Positions 54,547 through 63,935 of a stretch of DNA of 64,000 nucleotides are shown here, piece by piece (the first letter of the stretch is position 1; each line of letters opens with the position of its first letter). The DNA comes from a virus. The translations under genes and the position numbers were made by a program. The stretch is from the IMG/VR virus record IMGVR_UViG_3300045988_117831. One strand, 5' to 3'. The notes under the pieces were generated by a model. It ran no database searches. It saw nothing but the letters and a program-made list of their open reading frames with translations, and was not told where the DNA came from.

Positions 54547-55851
54547 TTACCGCTCGCACCCGCAGCGGGCAGGATGGGCCTGTGGTTGCTGGCACGGCTG
54601 AGGATGCGCGGCCGGATCGATGGGTGAGGGAGCTACGGCGAGCATTTGCCGGTAAATCTCGCCGATGCTGTTTACCGCGTCATAACGCAGGGACTGACCG
54701 ACATAGGTCATCTGCGATGTCGGGTCCATCGGTACGAGCTTCCACCCCTCCGGCACGCTGTGCTGAGCCGAGCTGCCGGGCGCGGCGATAAACTTCCCAT
54801 CTTCAAACGCCGTAGCCAATTCGGTCGCTACCCGCTGACACTGCTTCAAGTGGCCGACGAACAGTTCACGCGTTCCATCCCCCGCACGCACGCAGTATGG
54901 CCAGAAACCCTTCCCAGTTTTTTCTACGCGGTACCGCTCAAGCCCGAACACCTCCGGCACAACATCCGCCCTTGCGCGCAGTGCTGCGACTTCCTGCCTT
55001 AGCGCCTGGGCCTCGACCTGCCGGCGGCGCTCTGCCTGAACGTCGAGCCATGCTTTCGGCACGCTGTGCTGAGCGGGGGCGGCCATGGCGCGCAAAAAGT
55101 TCTGAATTGCTCGCATATCTTCATCGCTGGGTTCGTTACGCAGATACAGCACTACAGCTCTGGGATGTTCGGCATCGCGACCGATGCCAGATATTTCCGG
55201 CACGCTGGGTTGAGCCTTGGCGACCGCTAGCGCCTCGTTGAGCCGGAACCCTTCGTGCACCCAGTCCGTCAACTTCCCTTCCAGCTCCGCGACCCTGGCC
55301 AAGGCGGCGTCGCGTTCCACTTTATAACGACAATAAGGATGGCCGTATTCATCGCCGACTACGCCGTCACAATAGCTCGCGGCCAGCTCGCTCCCGCGCT
55401 TTTCGGATTCGGCCAGTGCCTTTTCCAGCCGGCCGATTTCTTCAATGGCGTCTGCAAGCCTATTCGCATCGGTCTTTTCGAACTTAGGGGCAATTTGAGG
55501 ATTATCTTCGATTGGCTTCTGCGACCATTCGCTGATCCACCCCTGGCCGCGGCCATTGCAAACAGTACACTTCCCCCGAAGCAACGTCTGACCGATTCCC
55601 TTGCAAGCGGCGCACTTCCCCAGAAACCCGACTTCGACGCGCTCAATCCCGGCCTTGGTGAGCGTCCATTCCATCCTAAGATGGCCGGTGCCTGCCCAGT
55701 TTTCGAATTCTTTCGCCTTTACATACCCCATCTGCCGAAGTTCATTTAGCGCCTGATTGTTGGGGCCTGTGAAGGCCGGCTGATCGGGATTGTTATACAG
55801 ATATAACAATGCGGTTTGATGGTGGTGATTCAAAGTCGGTTTATTATACAT
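54547..55851 (-). CDS. protein with DnaJ-type CxxCxGxG zinc finger, coiled coil and triple AQHSVP repeat (434 aa)
   Basis: GAGGTG SD before MYNKPTL... Motif CAACKGIGQTLLRGKCTVCNGRGQ. CGGCACGCTGTGCTGAGC repeated three times at about 54763, 55058 and 55198. Confidence 0.55.
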   Translation of the reverse strand: MYNKPTLNHHHQTALLYLYNNPDQPAFTGPNNQALNELRQMGYVKAKEFENWAGTGHLRMEWTLTKAGIERVEVGFLGKCAACKGIGQTLLRGKCTVCNGRGQGWISEWSQKPIEDNPQIAPKFEKTDANRLADAIEEIGRLEKALAESEKRGSELAASYCDGVVGDEYGHPYCRYKVERDAALARVAELEGKLTDWVHEGFRLNEALAVAKAQPSVPEISGIGRDAEHPRAVVLYLRNEPSDEDMRAIQNFLRAMAAPAQHSVPKAWLDVQAERRRQVEAQALRQEVAALRARADVVPEVFGLERYRVEKTGKGFWPYCVRAGDGTRELFVGHLKQCQRVATELATAFEDGKFIAAPGSSAQHSVPEGWKLVPMDPTSQMTYVGQSLRYDAVNSIGEIYRQMLAVAPSPIDPAAHPQPCQQPQAHPARCGCER

Positions 55852-55861
55852 GCCATTCACC

Positions 55862-56647
55862 TCAATTACAGATGGCGATGTTGAGAACTTTATCGCGCCC
55901 GGCCGCGAACTTCTCCAGGAAGTCCACCAGGTCATTCAGGATGGTCCCCGCTCGACCTAGCTTGTGGCCGATCAGGAGCTGCGCGACTCGGTGTCCGACG
56001 AATTTCCCCGAAGGAATCTTCGGCCATGTTTCGCCGATGCTTTTGAGTACTGCATCAGTATAGGTTTTGTCCGCGCCGACTTTGTGGTGATCGAGGATCG
56101 TGCGATCACGAACGTATCGATTGATGATCCGCCGCAGGAACTCGTCTTCAGTCCCGGCCAGGGCGCCGCACTCGCGGAGTTGGCGCAGGAGACGCCACCC
56201 CAAGTTCCGCTCCCACTTTTCGGCGAACTCTTCGGCTTCGGCGAATGACGCTCGCATGATGTGATCGACTGGAATAATGACGGCGCCGCCTTCTTTCGTT
56301 CCGGCTTCCATGACCGCCCATTCGCCATGCTCGCGATGCTCGATGAAGCCGATCAGCATGCCGATGAAAGCTCCATCTTCCGGAACTCCGGTCACGCGAA
56401 CGACGGAATGGCGCGGGAAGGCTTTCGATCCATAAAGGCTGGACTGTGAATTGACCCATCCGGCCTTGGCCAAGTCGGATGCTTCGGCGTGGATCAGCTC
56501 GCGACGGATGCGAACGGCCAGCGCCGGGTCCAGCTCGCGGCTGCGACGCAGGAAACCGGGCTTAAGGTTCGGGTCGCGGGTCTTGTCGACATTGGGATTC
56601 GGATTACCGACCGGGAGTTGGTCGCGGGAAATCTTGCATTCTTGCAT
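55862..56647 (-). CDS. hypothetical protein (261 aa), first gene of the - strand replication operon
   Basis: AGAGGA SD. Confidence 0.55.
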   Translation of the reverse strand: MQECKISRDQLPVGNPNPNVDKTRDPNLKPGFLRRSRELDPALAVRIRRELIHAEASDLAKAGWVNSQSSLYGSKAFPRHSVVRVTGVPEDGAFIGMLIGFIEHREHGEWAVMEAGTKEGGAVIIPVDHIMRASFAEAEEFAEKWERNLGWRLLRQLRECGALAGTEDEFLRRIINRYVRDRTILDHHKVGADKTYTDAVLKSIGETWPKIPSGKFVGHRVAQLLIGHKLGRAGTILNDLVDFLEKFAAGRDKVLNIAICN

Positions 56648-56691
56648 TTAATGTATCCTCTGTTTTGGAGGGCAGTACAGGCGGCGGCTCT

Positions 56692-56720
56692 AGTATCGGC
56701 CACTTTCCTGCCGAAGTAAA
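56692..56720 (-). promoter_or_regulatory. TTTACT-family promoter plus conserved CTCCAAAACAGAGGA leader on the - strand
   Basis: Reverse complement reads CTTTACTTCGGCAGGAAAGTGGCCGATACT..CTCCAAAACAGAGGATACATTA-ATG. Confidence 0.5.
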
Positions 56721-56815
56721 GTTGGATTAAATTCGCTCGCTTTGGCGAGTCAGCTGATAGTATACTCTTCCTGCGCAGAGGTAAAGCATAACTGTACGTT
56801 ATAAAGGAACATTCG

Positions 56816-57238
56816 ATGGCGGAACATATTTTAACTCACGAAGGCACTGTGGTGTTCGAGGGGCGATCCCGAACGGTCAAGCTCCGGCGCGGCAACCACC
56901 ACTGGGTAGACTTCGATAGACATCGCTATAGCCCAAAGGACGGCCGCGCCGCTTCCCAGGCTATTAAGGGGGCGGTCCTGGTCCTTTCGACCGTCCGCTG
57001 GCTCCCTGGGGCCAAAGAGGCCGCAGAGCAGGCGAAGGCTTTCCCGTATAAAGGAAGGGTCCACGCGCTTGGAGCTGCTTGGCATTATGTTCTGCTGCGG
57101 CGCACGAAGAACTTCTATGTCGATCCGCAAGGCCGCAAGTATCGTCGTAGCACTGGCTGGTCTGTGGACGGCGTGCTTAAACTGAGCCTCGATTCCATTA
57201 AACCTAGCGTTGGAGAACGCAAATATGTCAGCATCTAA
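56816..57238 (+). CDS. hypothetical protein (140 aa)
   Basis: AAAGGAA SD. Confidence 0.5.
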   Translation: MAEHILTHEGTVVFEGRSRTVKLRRGNHHWVDFDRHRYSPKDGRAASQAIKGAVLVLSTVRWLPGAKEAAEQAKAFPYKGRVHALGAAWHYVLLRRTKNFYVDPQGRKYRRSTGWSVDGVLKLSLDSIKPSVGERKYVSI

Positions 57239-58412
57239 CTTCACCGTCGATCAGATCGAAGAGCGATTCGGCTTTCGACCAAACAGTCAGCAGATCGACG
57301 CGATCAATTCCGTTGTGGACTGGTATCGCGGTTGGTGTGATCGAGCGCACCGCCGCCAGGTCTATCGACTCGCTGGTTTCGCCGGAACTGGTAAGACTTC
57401 CATCGCGAAGATAATCGCCGAACTTTGCTGCTCGATGGACTGGACAGTCTTCGTCGCGCCAACCGGGAAAGCAGCAGCGCGGCTTCGCGAGAAGGGTTGC
57501 ACCAATGCCCGGACCCTCCACAGCTTCATCTATCGGCCGATTGGTGAAGATGAAGACGGCGAAATCATGTTTGCCAACAAAGACTCGCTCGACGAGAAGC
57601 CGAAGTTGGTCGTGCTCGACGAGTCGTCCATGATCGGCGAGTGGGATGAAGAGCGCTTGCTGTCGCACCGAATTCCGGTTCTGGAGATTGGTGACTTTGG
57701 CCAAGTTCCTCCTGTGCGCGGCGTCCAGATTTTCCATGAGAACAGCTGTGACACCATCATGACCGAAATCGAGCGCAACGCCGGCAATATCGTTCGGGCG
57801 TCGATGTTCGTCCGCCAGGGCAAGCGCCTACCCTGCCGCGAGTATGACGACATTCTGGTACGGGCCGGATTCGACATGTCGGACGACGAAATGCGGACGT
57901 TCTTGGACGATGATGGCGTGATCCTTTGCGCCTACAACAATACTCGCCGCCGTTTGAACGCCAGGGCGCGCCGCATCCTCGGCTACAAGGGTGTACAACC
58001 GGAAATCGGCGAGAAGCTGGTGTGCACCGGGAACCAGCACGAATATGGCATCATGAACGGCGAGCAAGCAATTCTGCTGGACTTCAAGCCGGTCCCCGAA
58101 GGCCAAGAAGATGATGACGAGCCGGATGAAATGCTGTTTGCCAAAGTTCGCATTATCGGCACGAACTATGAGCGCTGGGTGAAGTTCAATCCTCTTAGCT
58201 TTTCGGTTGAGGAAGATGTGCGGCTGGAGGCACAGAAGGCCATTGGCGGATTCGACTTCGGCTGGGCGATGACATTCCACAAGTCGCAGGGATCGGAATG
58301 GAAGCGGGTCGCAATGTTGGAAGAAAACTTGCCTTCAATTCCTTACAGCCAGTTGATGTATACTGGCATAACTCGCGCAATTGAATACTTGTTGTTTTTG
58401 CGTAAGAGTTAA
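57225..58412 (+). CDS. SF1 DNA helicase, RecD/Dda-like
   Basis: Walker A GFAGTGKTS; motif II VLDESSM; C-terminal ..FHKSQGSEW..YTGITRA. Confidence 0.8.
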   Translation: MSASNFTVDQIEERFGFRPNSQQIDAINSVVDWYRGWCDRAHRRQVYRLAGFAGTGKTSIAKIIAELCCSMDWTVFVAPTGKAAARLREKGCTNARTLHSFIYRPIGEDEDGEIMFANKDSLDEKPKLVVLDESSMIGEWDEERLLSHRIPVLEIGDFGQVPPVRGVQIFHENSCDTIMTEIERNAGNIVRASMFVRQGKRLPCREYDDILVRAGFDMSDDEMRTFLDDDGVILCAYNNTRRRLNARARRILGYKGVQPEIGEKLVCTGNQHEYGIMNGEQAILLDFKPVPEGQEDDDEPDEMLFAKVRIIGTNYERWVKFNPLSFSVEEDVRLEAQKAIGGFDFGWAMTFHKSQGSEWKRVAMLEENLPSIPYSQLMYTGITRAIEYLLFLRKS

Positions 58413-58573
58413 AAACTTCGCTAACATAAATAAGTTCCCTGGAGTCTGGACTTTCCCGAAAGAAAAATATTTAGAGAAGTTCAGGCGAAAGGTATTCCCT
58501 TCTTCAATTAGTTTAGAGATAATCCTCTCACAGGCCAATAAGCCATCCATTTAAACATTCCCGGAGTAAGAAC

Positions 58574-59467
58574 ATGGAACAGAAAGACCAGAACGAGCAG
58601 ACCCAAGGCGAAGAGCTGACCAAGGAACAAGCAGCCGCCCTGCGCAAGGCCGAGAAGGCCGCTGAGCGTCAACGTAAAGAGCGCGAGCGCGCCGAGAAGG
58701 CCGAGGCCAAGGCCAAGGAAGCCGAACAGAAGAAAGCCGAGCGCGAAGAGAAGCGTAAGGCCGAGCGCGAGAAGAAAGAAGCCGAGCGCGCCGAGAAGGC
58801 GAAGGAAAAGGCCGCAGCCAAGGAAGCCGAGCGCGCTGAAAAGGCCAAGGCGAAGGAAGCCGAGCAGGCCGAGAAGGCGAAGGCGAAGGAAGCCGAGCGC
58901 GAGCAGAAGAAGGCCGAGAAGGAAGCCGAGCGCGCCAAAAAGGCCGAAGAGAAGAAGGCCGCCCAGGAAGCTCAGAAAGTAGCTCGCGAAGAAGAGCGCA
59001 AGCGCCTGGCCGAGCAGAAGAAGGCTGAGCGCGAAGCCGAGAAGCAGCGCCGCAAGGAAGAGCAGGAAGAGCGCCGCAAGAAGGCCGAAGCCCGCCGCGA
59101 AGACCTGAAGTCCAACGGCTCGCGTCGCCCCCGCGCCACTCACTTCATCCCGACCGGCGACGGCCATGGCACTCCGCAGGCCTTCTCGACTCGCGGCAAG
59201 GTGTTCGCATACATCAACGAGCACTGCACCGTTGGTGAGCCGGTCGAAATCGAATCCTTCGGCGATAAGGTGGCCCATCTTCTCTATGGCACCTCGGTCC
59301 GCAGCTACCTGAGCAAGCTGGAAATCATGGGCTGGGTCGATCTGGTTGCCATCGCTTCGAAGGAAGACGAAGCTGGCCAGGGCGATGACGAGAAGGCCGA
59401 TGACGAAGGCCAGGAGCACGGAGGTGAAGATCAGGGCGCCGATGGTTCCGAAGGTGAGGAGGAGTAA
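58574..59467 (+). CDS. highly charged Lys/Glu/Ala-repeat protein with globular C-terminal domain and acidic tail (297 aa)
   Basis: About 170 aa of AEKAKAKEAE-type repeats, mirrored by nucleotide repeats at 58660-59100. Confidence 0.6.
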   Translation: MEQKDQNEQTQGEELTKEQAAALRKAEKAAERQRKERERAEKAEAKAKEAEQKKAEREEKRKAEREKKEAERAEKAKEKAAAKEAERAEKAKAKEAEQAEKAKAKEAEREQKKAEKEAERAKKAEEKKAAQEAQKVAREEERKRLAEQKKAEREAEKQRRKEEQEERRKKAEARREDLKSNGSRRPRATHFIPTGDGHGTPQAFSTRGKVFAYINEHCTVGEPVEIESFGDKVAHLLYGTSVRSYLSKLEIMGWVDLVAIASKEDEAGQGDDEKADDEGQEHGGEDQGADGSEGEEE

Positions 59468-59492
59468 GCCGCCGCTCCTCTGAGCCTGAATC

Positions 59493-59527
59493 GTCTAGCT
59501 CTTCAAGGGACTCATGAAAATGGGTCC
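59493..59527 (+). terminator. intrinsic terminator
   Basis: AAGGGAC-tcatgaaaatg-GGTCCCTT followed by TTTTATCC. Confidence 0.65.
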
Positions 59528-59538
59528 CTTTTTTATCC

Positions 59539-59568
59539 TCTCAAGTTTTGTACTCTCAAGTTTTGTAC
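59539..59568 (+). repeat. 15-bp tandem direct repeat x2 (TCTCAAGTTTTGTAC), candidate operator
   Basis: Perfect duplication immediately upstream of the 59587 gene. Confidence 0.85.
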
Positions 59569-59586
59569 ACTCATAAGGGACACATC

Positions 59587-60588
59587 ATGATTCCTGATCA
59601 GAAAGTAATCATCGTAGGTGCCGGACTCGCCGGACTGATCGCCGCGCATCGCTTTCCTCAAGCCCAAATCATCGACGCGGCGACGCCGGAGAACAAGGAG
59701 CGCCACAACGCACTTCTGCGATTCCGCTCGCCAGTGATTGGCCAACTCACCGGCATCCCGTTCCGCAAAGTCACTGTACACAAAGCTATCTACATCGACG
59801 GCGAGTTCATTTCCCAGCCGCGCATCGACCACTGCAACATGTACTCCAGGAAAGTAACGGGCGGCCTGTCGGACCGGTCCATCTGGAATCTGGCGACTGA
59901 AAAGCGTTGGATCGCACCGGCCGACTACTATGAGCAGCTGGTGGCTAAGCTTGCGAATCGTATCACTTGGAGCCGTCCTTTCGACGCCTCTTTCTTCCAG
60001 TATCTTCGCCGGCAAGATGACCACGTGAATATCATCAGCACCGCGCCGTTCCGCGCCAATCTGGCTGCGGCAGGGCTGGACCTGGGAATCGACCCGTCAT
60101 TCGGTGAAGGAACCTCCATCATCGTGAGTCGATACAAGCTCTCCATCCCCTGTGATGTCTTCCAGACCGTGTATTTCCCTGGTCCTAAAGTGGGAACGTT
60201 TCGAGCGTCCATCACCGGTGATACTCTGATCGTCGAATCCATCACTAAAGGGATAGTGGAGACTTTAGATGGTAAAATCGAAACCATCGAATGGGACAGC
60301 GACTGGGATATGGATTACGTTTGCGCGGCCTTCGGCATCAGAAGGAAACAGCTCATCGAAGATGGCGAGCCGACCATCCAGACCAAAGGCAAAATCATTC
60401 CGCTCGGTCGCGACGAGCGCGAATCCATGATCTGGAATCTCACCCATGAGGCTGGCATCTTCTCGCTCGGCCGGTTCGCTACCTGGCGCAACGTCCTTCT
60501 GGATGATCTGGTTTCGGACATGGACGTCATCGAGCGCCTGATGACTTCTTCGTCTTATCAGAAGGCCAAGAAAATGTTCGTGAAGTAA
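59587..60588 (+). CDS. FAD/NAD(P)-binding Rossmann-fold protein
   Basis: AAGGGA SD; N-terminal VIIVGAGLAGLIAA dinucleotide-binding motif. Confidence 0.6.
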   Translation: MIPDQKVIIVGAGLAGLIAAHRFPQAQIIDAATPENKERHNALLRFRSPVIGQLTGIPFRKVTVHKAIYIDGEFISQPRIDHCNMYSRKVTGGLSDRSIWNLATEKRWIAPADYYEQLVAKLANRITWSRPFDASFFQYLRRQDDHVNIISTAPFRANLAAAGLDLGIDPSFGEGTSIIVSRYKLSIPCDVFQTVYFPGPKVGTFRASITGDTLIVESITKGIVETLDGKIETIEWDSDWDMDYVCAAFGIRRKQLIEDGEPTIQTKGKIIPLGRDERESMIWNLTHEAGIFSLGRFATWRNVLLDDLVSDMDVIERLMTSSSYQKAKKMFVK

Positions 60589-60601
60589 TTTACAAAAGTG
60601 C

Positions 60602-60630
60602 TTTACTTCTGGATCAGGTGGGCGTAATAT
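60602..60630 (+). promoter_or_regulatory. TTTACT-17-TAATAT promoter plus conserved leader
   Basis: Family member upstream of the ATG at 60676. Confidence 0.5.
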
Positions 60631-60675
60631 TCCCTCATCGAAACGCGAACCCCTTCAACCAAAAGGAATCGACAA

Positions 60676-60906
60676 ATGGCCCGCGAAGTAACCTTCTCCA
60701 CCGACAAGAACCACACCAAAACCTACGCCACCAAGGCCAATCTCGAACGCGCTATCGCCAAGGCCGAGTGGCTCGGTGAAGGCGCCCGCTACTTCATCCA
60801 TATGACCGAGGACGGCCGCCTGACTCCTGTGTTCCTTCTGAATAGCCTTCCTGCAGGGGCTGGTGCCGTGTGGTGCGCTCAGCACGGCTGGAACGTGGTA
60901 GGTTAA
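60676..60906 (+). CDS. hypothetical protein (76 aa)
   Basis: AAAGGAA SD. Confidence 0.5.
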   Translation: MAREVTFSTDKNHTKTYATKANLERAIAKAEWLGEGARYFIHMTEDGRLTPVFLLNSLPAGAGAVWCAQHGWNVVG

Positions 60907-61124
60907 TGGCCGTCGATCCTCGCGAAGCAGCGCTCAAGCGGGCGCTGCTAGCTTTCTTCCGGGACACCGATGCCCTTGGCGGCGGGAGTCTCACCATAAC
61001 GGCCCGAATCGTCGGGCCAGAGGGCGACAGGAAGTTTCGCGCCAGTTATTTCCTGAATGGCGAGAAGTTAAGCCTGTCAGATATAATCGCTAAAGTGGAG
61101 GCCGAAGATGGGCCGGATCATTAA
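60906..61124 (+). CDS. hypothetical protein (72 aa)
   Basis: TAATG overlap with the previous stop. Confidence 0.4.
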   Translation: MAVDPREAALKRALLAFFRDTDALGGGSLTITARIVGPEGDRKFRASYFLNGEKLSLSDIIAKVEAEDGPDH

Positions 61125-61326
61125 TATCAAAGCAGTCATTTCGCGCACCACCGAGCGCGATTCTATGGGGTCTCCGTACATCCATGAGTCTTACCGCACT
61201 TTCTCTTTCTCCGCTTCCACCACACTGGTCGCGGCCATCGACTGGGTGAAAGGCCAGTGTCCGGAAATCGTTGACATGCTCATCTACGAGCCGGAAACCG
61301 TAGCTGCTCAGCAGGAGCGCTATTGA
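61108..61326 (+). CDS. hypothetical protein (72 aa)
   Basis: GGAGG SD. Confidence 0.45.
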   Translation: MGRIINIKAVISRTTERDSMGSPYIHESYRTFSFSASTTLVAAIDWVKGQCPEIVDMLIYEPETVAAQQERY

Positions 61327-61592
61327 TGTACTCACCAGACCATCCTGAAGAGGTTCCCATGTCTTTCCTAGAAATGCAAATCGACCCGCCGCAAACGCGA
61401 CAGACAGCGCCGTCTTTCGTGCTGGTAGGCATCCTGTACCTGATTGGCGATGGGCGCCTGGACGATAAGCCTTTCACTTCGTTCAACCTGTCGTTCGGCA
61501 GTCGAGAAGAGGCCGAGCGCGCCCGCGATAAGATTCGTGAGCACTACCTCGACCGTCGAGATATCCGCGCCGAAATCATCCGCTGCTACTGA
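61323..61592 (+). CDS. hypothetical protein (89 aa)
   Basis: ATGA overlap. Confidence 0.45.
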   Translation: MMYSPDHPEEVPMSFLEMQIDPPQTRQTAPSFVLVGILYLIGDGRLDDKPFTSFNLSFGSREEAERARDKIREHYLDRRDIRAEIIRCY

Positions 61593-61599
61593 GGCGATC

Positions 61600-61806
61600 A
61601 TGGCTATTGAACTCGTATACAGAACCTCTGATGGAACCGTCTTCTCGTCAGTTCATGAGGCTGAAGAGTATGAGTCTCGTCTGGAGGCCTGCGAACTGCT
61701 TAAGGAAGAGATGGAGCAGTATGGACTTCGTAAGGAGCAAGCCCAAGGCCTGGCACTTGCTCTCACAGAAAAATTCACCTTCACGCCAATTCCGGAAGAT
61801 TTCTGA
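61600..61806 (+). CDS. hypothetical protein (68 aa)
   Basis: GAGGCG SD. Confidence 0.45.
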   Translation: MAIELVYRTSDGTVFSSVHEAEEYESRLEACELLKEEMEQYGLRKEQAQGLALALTEKFTFTPIPEDF

Positions 61807-62723
61807 TGAAGATTTCTCTGATCAGTTACACCCAGAACGCCTGGGAACTCCTCCTGGGGACGAAATCCACCCGCATGCGCGGCCAAGACCCGGCGACCAT
61901 GACCGAAGCCGAAAAGCTTGACCACTGGAAGTACATGCTGGACACCATCCGCTCGCCGTTCGAGTTCGTGGACTTCATTTTCCAGATCGAGGGTGTCAGC
62001 AAGAACTTCACCCATCAACTCGTTCGGACTCGTACCGGGGCTTACCAGCAGGAAACCAGTCGCGCTCTGGAAATCAGCGCCGTCGTTCAGCCGGAAGCCT
62101 TCCGCTGGGAATTCGACGAACCGGCTACGGTAAATGGCGAGCCTGACCCGACCTACCATGTCCGCGAAGAGCTGAACCGTCTGTGGCATGACGCCATTGC
62201 CGACGCGCAAACCAGCTACCAGAAGCTTCTGGAGGCCGGCGCGTCGCTCCAGGACGCTCGTGCCATCATCCCTTCCAACATGGAAACGAAGATCGCGGCC
62301 AAGTTCAATCTGCGGACTCTCAGCGACATGGCGAAGGTTCGCCTGTGCGTTCGGACCCAGGGTGAATATCAGGAAGTATTCCGCGAAATGCGCCGGCTGG
62401 TTCTGGAAGTCTATCCTATGTTCGACAGCCTGCTCCAGCCGCACTGCGTCGCCACCGGCTCCTGCGCCTTCCCGCGCTATGGGTCGAAGGTGATGAATGA
62501 AGAGGAAATCCAGCAGAAATCCTATGACCGGTTCATGGCCGCTCTGGAGACAAAGCCAGGTCAGATTCCTGTGATTGATGTTCCGTTGGAACCTATCTAC
62601 CAGTGCAAGTTCTATCGCCCCTGGATGGATCGCTCGGCCGAGCAGGAAGAACTGCGCCGCGATTTCTGGGGATCGGAAAAACAAGAGGCCAACCCTGTGG
62701 CCGTCAATGGGAAGTCCATGTAA
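61806..62723 (+). CDS. thyX: flavin-dependent thymidylate synthase ThyX
   Basis: ThyX signature region ..FTHQLVRTRTGAYQQETSRA.. (RHR..S..R-like) and ..ARAIIPSNMETKIAAKFNLRTLSDMAKVR.. Confidence 0.8.
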   Translation: MKISLISYTQNAWELLLGTKSTRMRGQDPATMTEAEKLDHWKYMLDTIRSPFEFVDFIFQIEGVSKNFTHQLVRTRTGAYQQETSRALEISAVVQPEAFRWEFDEPATVNGEPDPTYHVREELNRLWHDAIADAQTSYQKLLEAGASLQDARAIIPSNMETKIAAKFNLRTLSDMAKVRLCVRTQGEYQEVFREMRRLVLEVYPMFDSLLQPHCVATGSCAFPRYGSKVMNEEEIQQKSYDRFMAALETKPGQIPVIDVPLEPIYQCKFYRPWMDRSAEQEELRRDFWGSEKQEANPVAVNGKSM

Positions 62724-62725
62724 CA

Positions 62726-62916
62726 TGAAGATCATTGTCGAGAAAGTTGGCGACATCGCACAAGTCGAAGTGACCAACGGCAGCGAATCCATTCGCATCA
62801 CGATGAACGTGCAATCGTTCGATTTCATCCAGAATGGCGAAGTTTTCCGCCTCACTTCTGATGGGACGTTCATCGATAGAACCGTCACCCAGAAAGCAAC
62901 CAGTAAGGAAATCTGA
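62726..62916 (+). CDS. small hypothetical protein (63 aa)
   Basis: Coupled to the thyX stop. Confidence 0.4.
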
Positions 62917-62918
62917 AT

Positions 62919-63935
62919 ATGGAACGCAAACCAAAGAATGGCATCATCATCTTCGACCTGGACGGCTGCGTATTCGACGATAGCCACCGCAAGAGCTTCG
63001 CCTTGGAACGGCAATGGGACGAGTATCATTCTCGTCTCGACAAGGACACTCTCAACCCGCACGCTGTAGGTCGCATCAGGAATGCCATCGACGCCGACCT
63101 CATGATTTTCTTCGTCACCGGCCGAACCGACAACCACTTTTTCCAGACCAGGGCCAAGCTCCACCGCGAACTCGGCATCGCCGAACATCGCGAGTATGAA
63201 CTCATCATGCGGCCGTATGGTAACACCGAGCCGGCGTCTCAGTTCAAGCGGGCAGTCGCGCTCGACATCCTGAAGAAAATCGAAGGCGTCACCAAGATCG
63301 TCGCGGCGTTCGATGATCGCCAGGACATCATCGATGCCTACAATAGCCTGGGGATCGACTCCTACATCCTGAACCTGGAAGGTTGCGATGCGCCGTTCTT
63401 CGCCGTCGCGGCCGATAGCGACCCCGATAGCGCGCCCAACGACATGGCAGGCGAGCCGTTCCCGGCCGCCCCGAACTCCGCCCCTACCCTCGACGAGGCG
63501 TTTGCGAAAGCCCCGTCTCCGCTCGCTGAAACGGCTCAGTCCGAAGACCCGACCGAAGACGCCGCGCCGTTCGCCATGGAATCCGTCTGGCCGGGCGAAG
63601 ATGATTCCCATCCAGATGATTTCGCGGAAGATGTTCTCAACAATCTGTACGCCGCAGCAGAAGTCTTCCGCGCCCGCCAGAGCACCTATGGTCGCAATGA
63701 TCTGATGTACGGAAAGATCATGGAAATCCTCTTCCCGAACGGCCTGGTGGCGAAGACCGCCGATGATCATCGACTCGCCATGTTCGTGATGCACATGGTG
63801 GGTAAACTCACTCGCCTGGCGAATAGCGGGTTCAAGGATGCCGATTCGGCCTTGGACTCGATCAACTATTCGGCGTTTGTTCACGCCACCATGCGCTCCG
63901 GCCGCATCACGCCGAAAGACGGACAGAAGGCGTAA
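62919..63935 (+). CDS. HAD-superfamily hydrolase (putative nucleotidase/phosphatase) with C-terminal extension
   Basis: HAD motif I IIIFDLDGCVFDD. Context is nucleotide metabolism. Confidence 0.6.
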   Translation: MERKPKNGIIIFDLDGCVFDDSHRKSFALERQWDEYHSRLDKDTLNPHAVGRIRNAIDADLMIFFVTGRTDNHFFQTRAKLHRELGIAEHREYELIMRPYGNTEPASQFKRAVALDILKKIEGVTKIVAAFDDRQDIIDAYNSLGIDSYILNLEGCDAPFFAVAADSDPDSAPNDMAGEPFPAAPNSAPTLDEAFAKAPSPLAETAQSEDPTEDAAPFAMESVWPGEDDSHPDDFAEDVLNNLYAAAEVFRARQSTYGRNDLMYGKIMEILFPNGLVAKTADDHRLAMFVMHMVGKLTRLANSGFKDADSALDSINYSAFVHATMRSGRITPKDGQKA

